Source of the DNA: Thermosulfurimonas dismutans | Lineage (GTDB): Bacteria; Desulfobacterota; Thermodesulfobacteria; Thermodesulfobacteriales; Thermodesulfobacteriaceae | Reading direction: 5' to 3' | Assembly (NCBI RefSeq): GCF_001652585.1 | Contig: NZ_LWLG01000012.1 | Span: 30,001-62,000 of the forward strand | DNA: 32,000 nucleotides | Part shown: in pieces, positions 31,286 to 32,000 of the stretch | How positions within the stretch are numbered: the stretch's first letter is position 1 | How the letters are laid out: every line of letters starts with the position of its first letter | Position numbers and translations under genes: made by a program | The notes under the pieces: model-generated | Databases searched by the model: none | Told to the model about the DNA's origin: nothing | The model's input: the letters and a program-made list of their open reading frames with translations, nothing else

Positions 31286-32000
31286 TTCTCTGTCTCAGGA
31301 CCTCGTAGATGGCAATGGCCCCGGCCACCGCGGCGTTAAGGGACTCGATATGACCACTCATAGGAATGCGCACCAGGAAATCGCATTCCTTTTTCACCCC
31401 TTCCCTGAGACCTTGGCCTTCGCTTCCTATCACCAAGGCCACCGGCCCGGTCAAATCAAGCTCAAAGAGAAGACTTTCACCCTCAGGCGAGAGCCCAAAG
31501 ACGAAAAGGCCTCTTTCCTTGAGTTTCCTTATGGCCTGTCTGAGATTGACCACCCTCACAATCGGAAGATGGAAAACCGCTCCCGCGGAAGCCTTGATGA
31601 CCGCCGGCGTAACCCCTGCGGAACGATGTTTGGGGAGAAATAGCCCCGTAGCCCCTAAGGCCTCTGCGGTCCGAATAAGAGAACCTACGTTTTGGGGATC
31701 TGTAAGCTCATCAAGAAGAACCACCAACGGAGGAGACTGGAGTTCTTCAAGTTGACTCTCGAATTCTTCCAGAGAGGTGTAATCGAACCCGCGGAGATAG
31801 GCCACCACCCCTTGGGTCTTGGCTTCAGGGGGGACCTTAGGAGGATGAAAACTCCGAACCACCTTTACCGGAATTTCAAGGGCCCGGGCAAGTTCAAGGA
31901 TCCGATATCGCCGACCTTTGAGTTCCTTGCCCGAAAGCCATATCTCTTCTATTTTCTCAGGCTGACTCCTCAAGGCCTCAAGGACGGGATTGATCCCCCA
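31278..32000 (-). CDS. rlmB: 23S rRNA (guanosine-2'-O)-methyltransferase RlmB (SpoU/TrmH family), 5' end outside the window
   Basis: SpoU motifs are DPQNVGSLIRTAEALGA, LVIGSEGQGL and IPMSGHIESLNAAVAGAIAIYE. The frame stays open to the window edge and reads ...WGINPVLEALRSQPE, the conserved RlmB N-terminal region. The TTG at 31973 in the ORF track is therefore internal. Confidence 0.85.
   Translation of the reverse strand, partial: WGINPVLEALRSQPEKIEEIWLSGKELKGRRYRILELARALEIPVKVVRSFHPPKVPPEAKTQGVVAYLRGFDYTSLEEFESQLEELQSPPLVVLLDELTDPQNVGSLIRTAEALGATGLFLPKHRSAGVTPAVIKASAGAVFHLPIVRVVNLRQAIRKLKERGLFVFGLSPEGESLLFELDLTGPVALVIGSEGQGLREGVKKECDFLVRIPMSGHIESLNAAVAGAIAIYEVLRQRSV

Overview
This is a compact, gene-dense bacterial chromosomal window with about 36 protein genes. 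There is very little intergenic DNA, and many genes have 1-20 nt start/stop overlaps. The E/K/R/L-rich proteins suggest a thermophile, but I cannot assign a lineage from the sequence alone.

Positions 12.6-32 kb are mostly recognisable housekeeping genes:
- speH-speB (polyamine synthesis)
- an FmdE-domain protein
- a long minus-strand string: yicC-corA-uppP-PDZ protein-methyltransferase-prmC-murA-holB
- a YkgJ-like Cys-cluster protein
- pal-skp-glk
- acpS-nnr-tsaE
- a Nik/Cbi-type ECF metal-uptake cluster (DUF4198/NikK-like, CbiM fused to a NikL-like tail, CbiQ) with no ATPase gene
- a stand-alone AsnC/RAM-domain protein
- waaA
- a partial rlmB

The most interesting part is 2.3-12.6 kb on the minus strand. 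A sensor kinase and a sigma54-dependent (GAFTGA) response regulator sit directly upstream of a near-consensus sigma54 promoter (TGGCAT-N5-TTGCT, 10018-10034). That promoter heads eight chained genes: a secreted tandem OB-like protein, a DUF4405-like membrane protein, a PqqD-like protein, an ATP-grasp ligase, an Orn/DAP/Arg-family PLP decarboxylase, a urea-transporter-like channel fused to an M23 peptidase, an outer-membrane beta-barrel and a TPR protein. I do not recognise this combination as a described system, so I flag it as the main candidate.

The left edge (1-740) is AT-rich and non-coding. It holds an orphan tRNA-like 3' end with encoded CCA, which may be an integration-site remnant, and CRISPR-repeat-like ATTGAAA motifs.

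All calls rest on reading the ORF translations and the DNA by eye. No database search was run.
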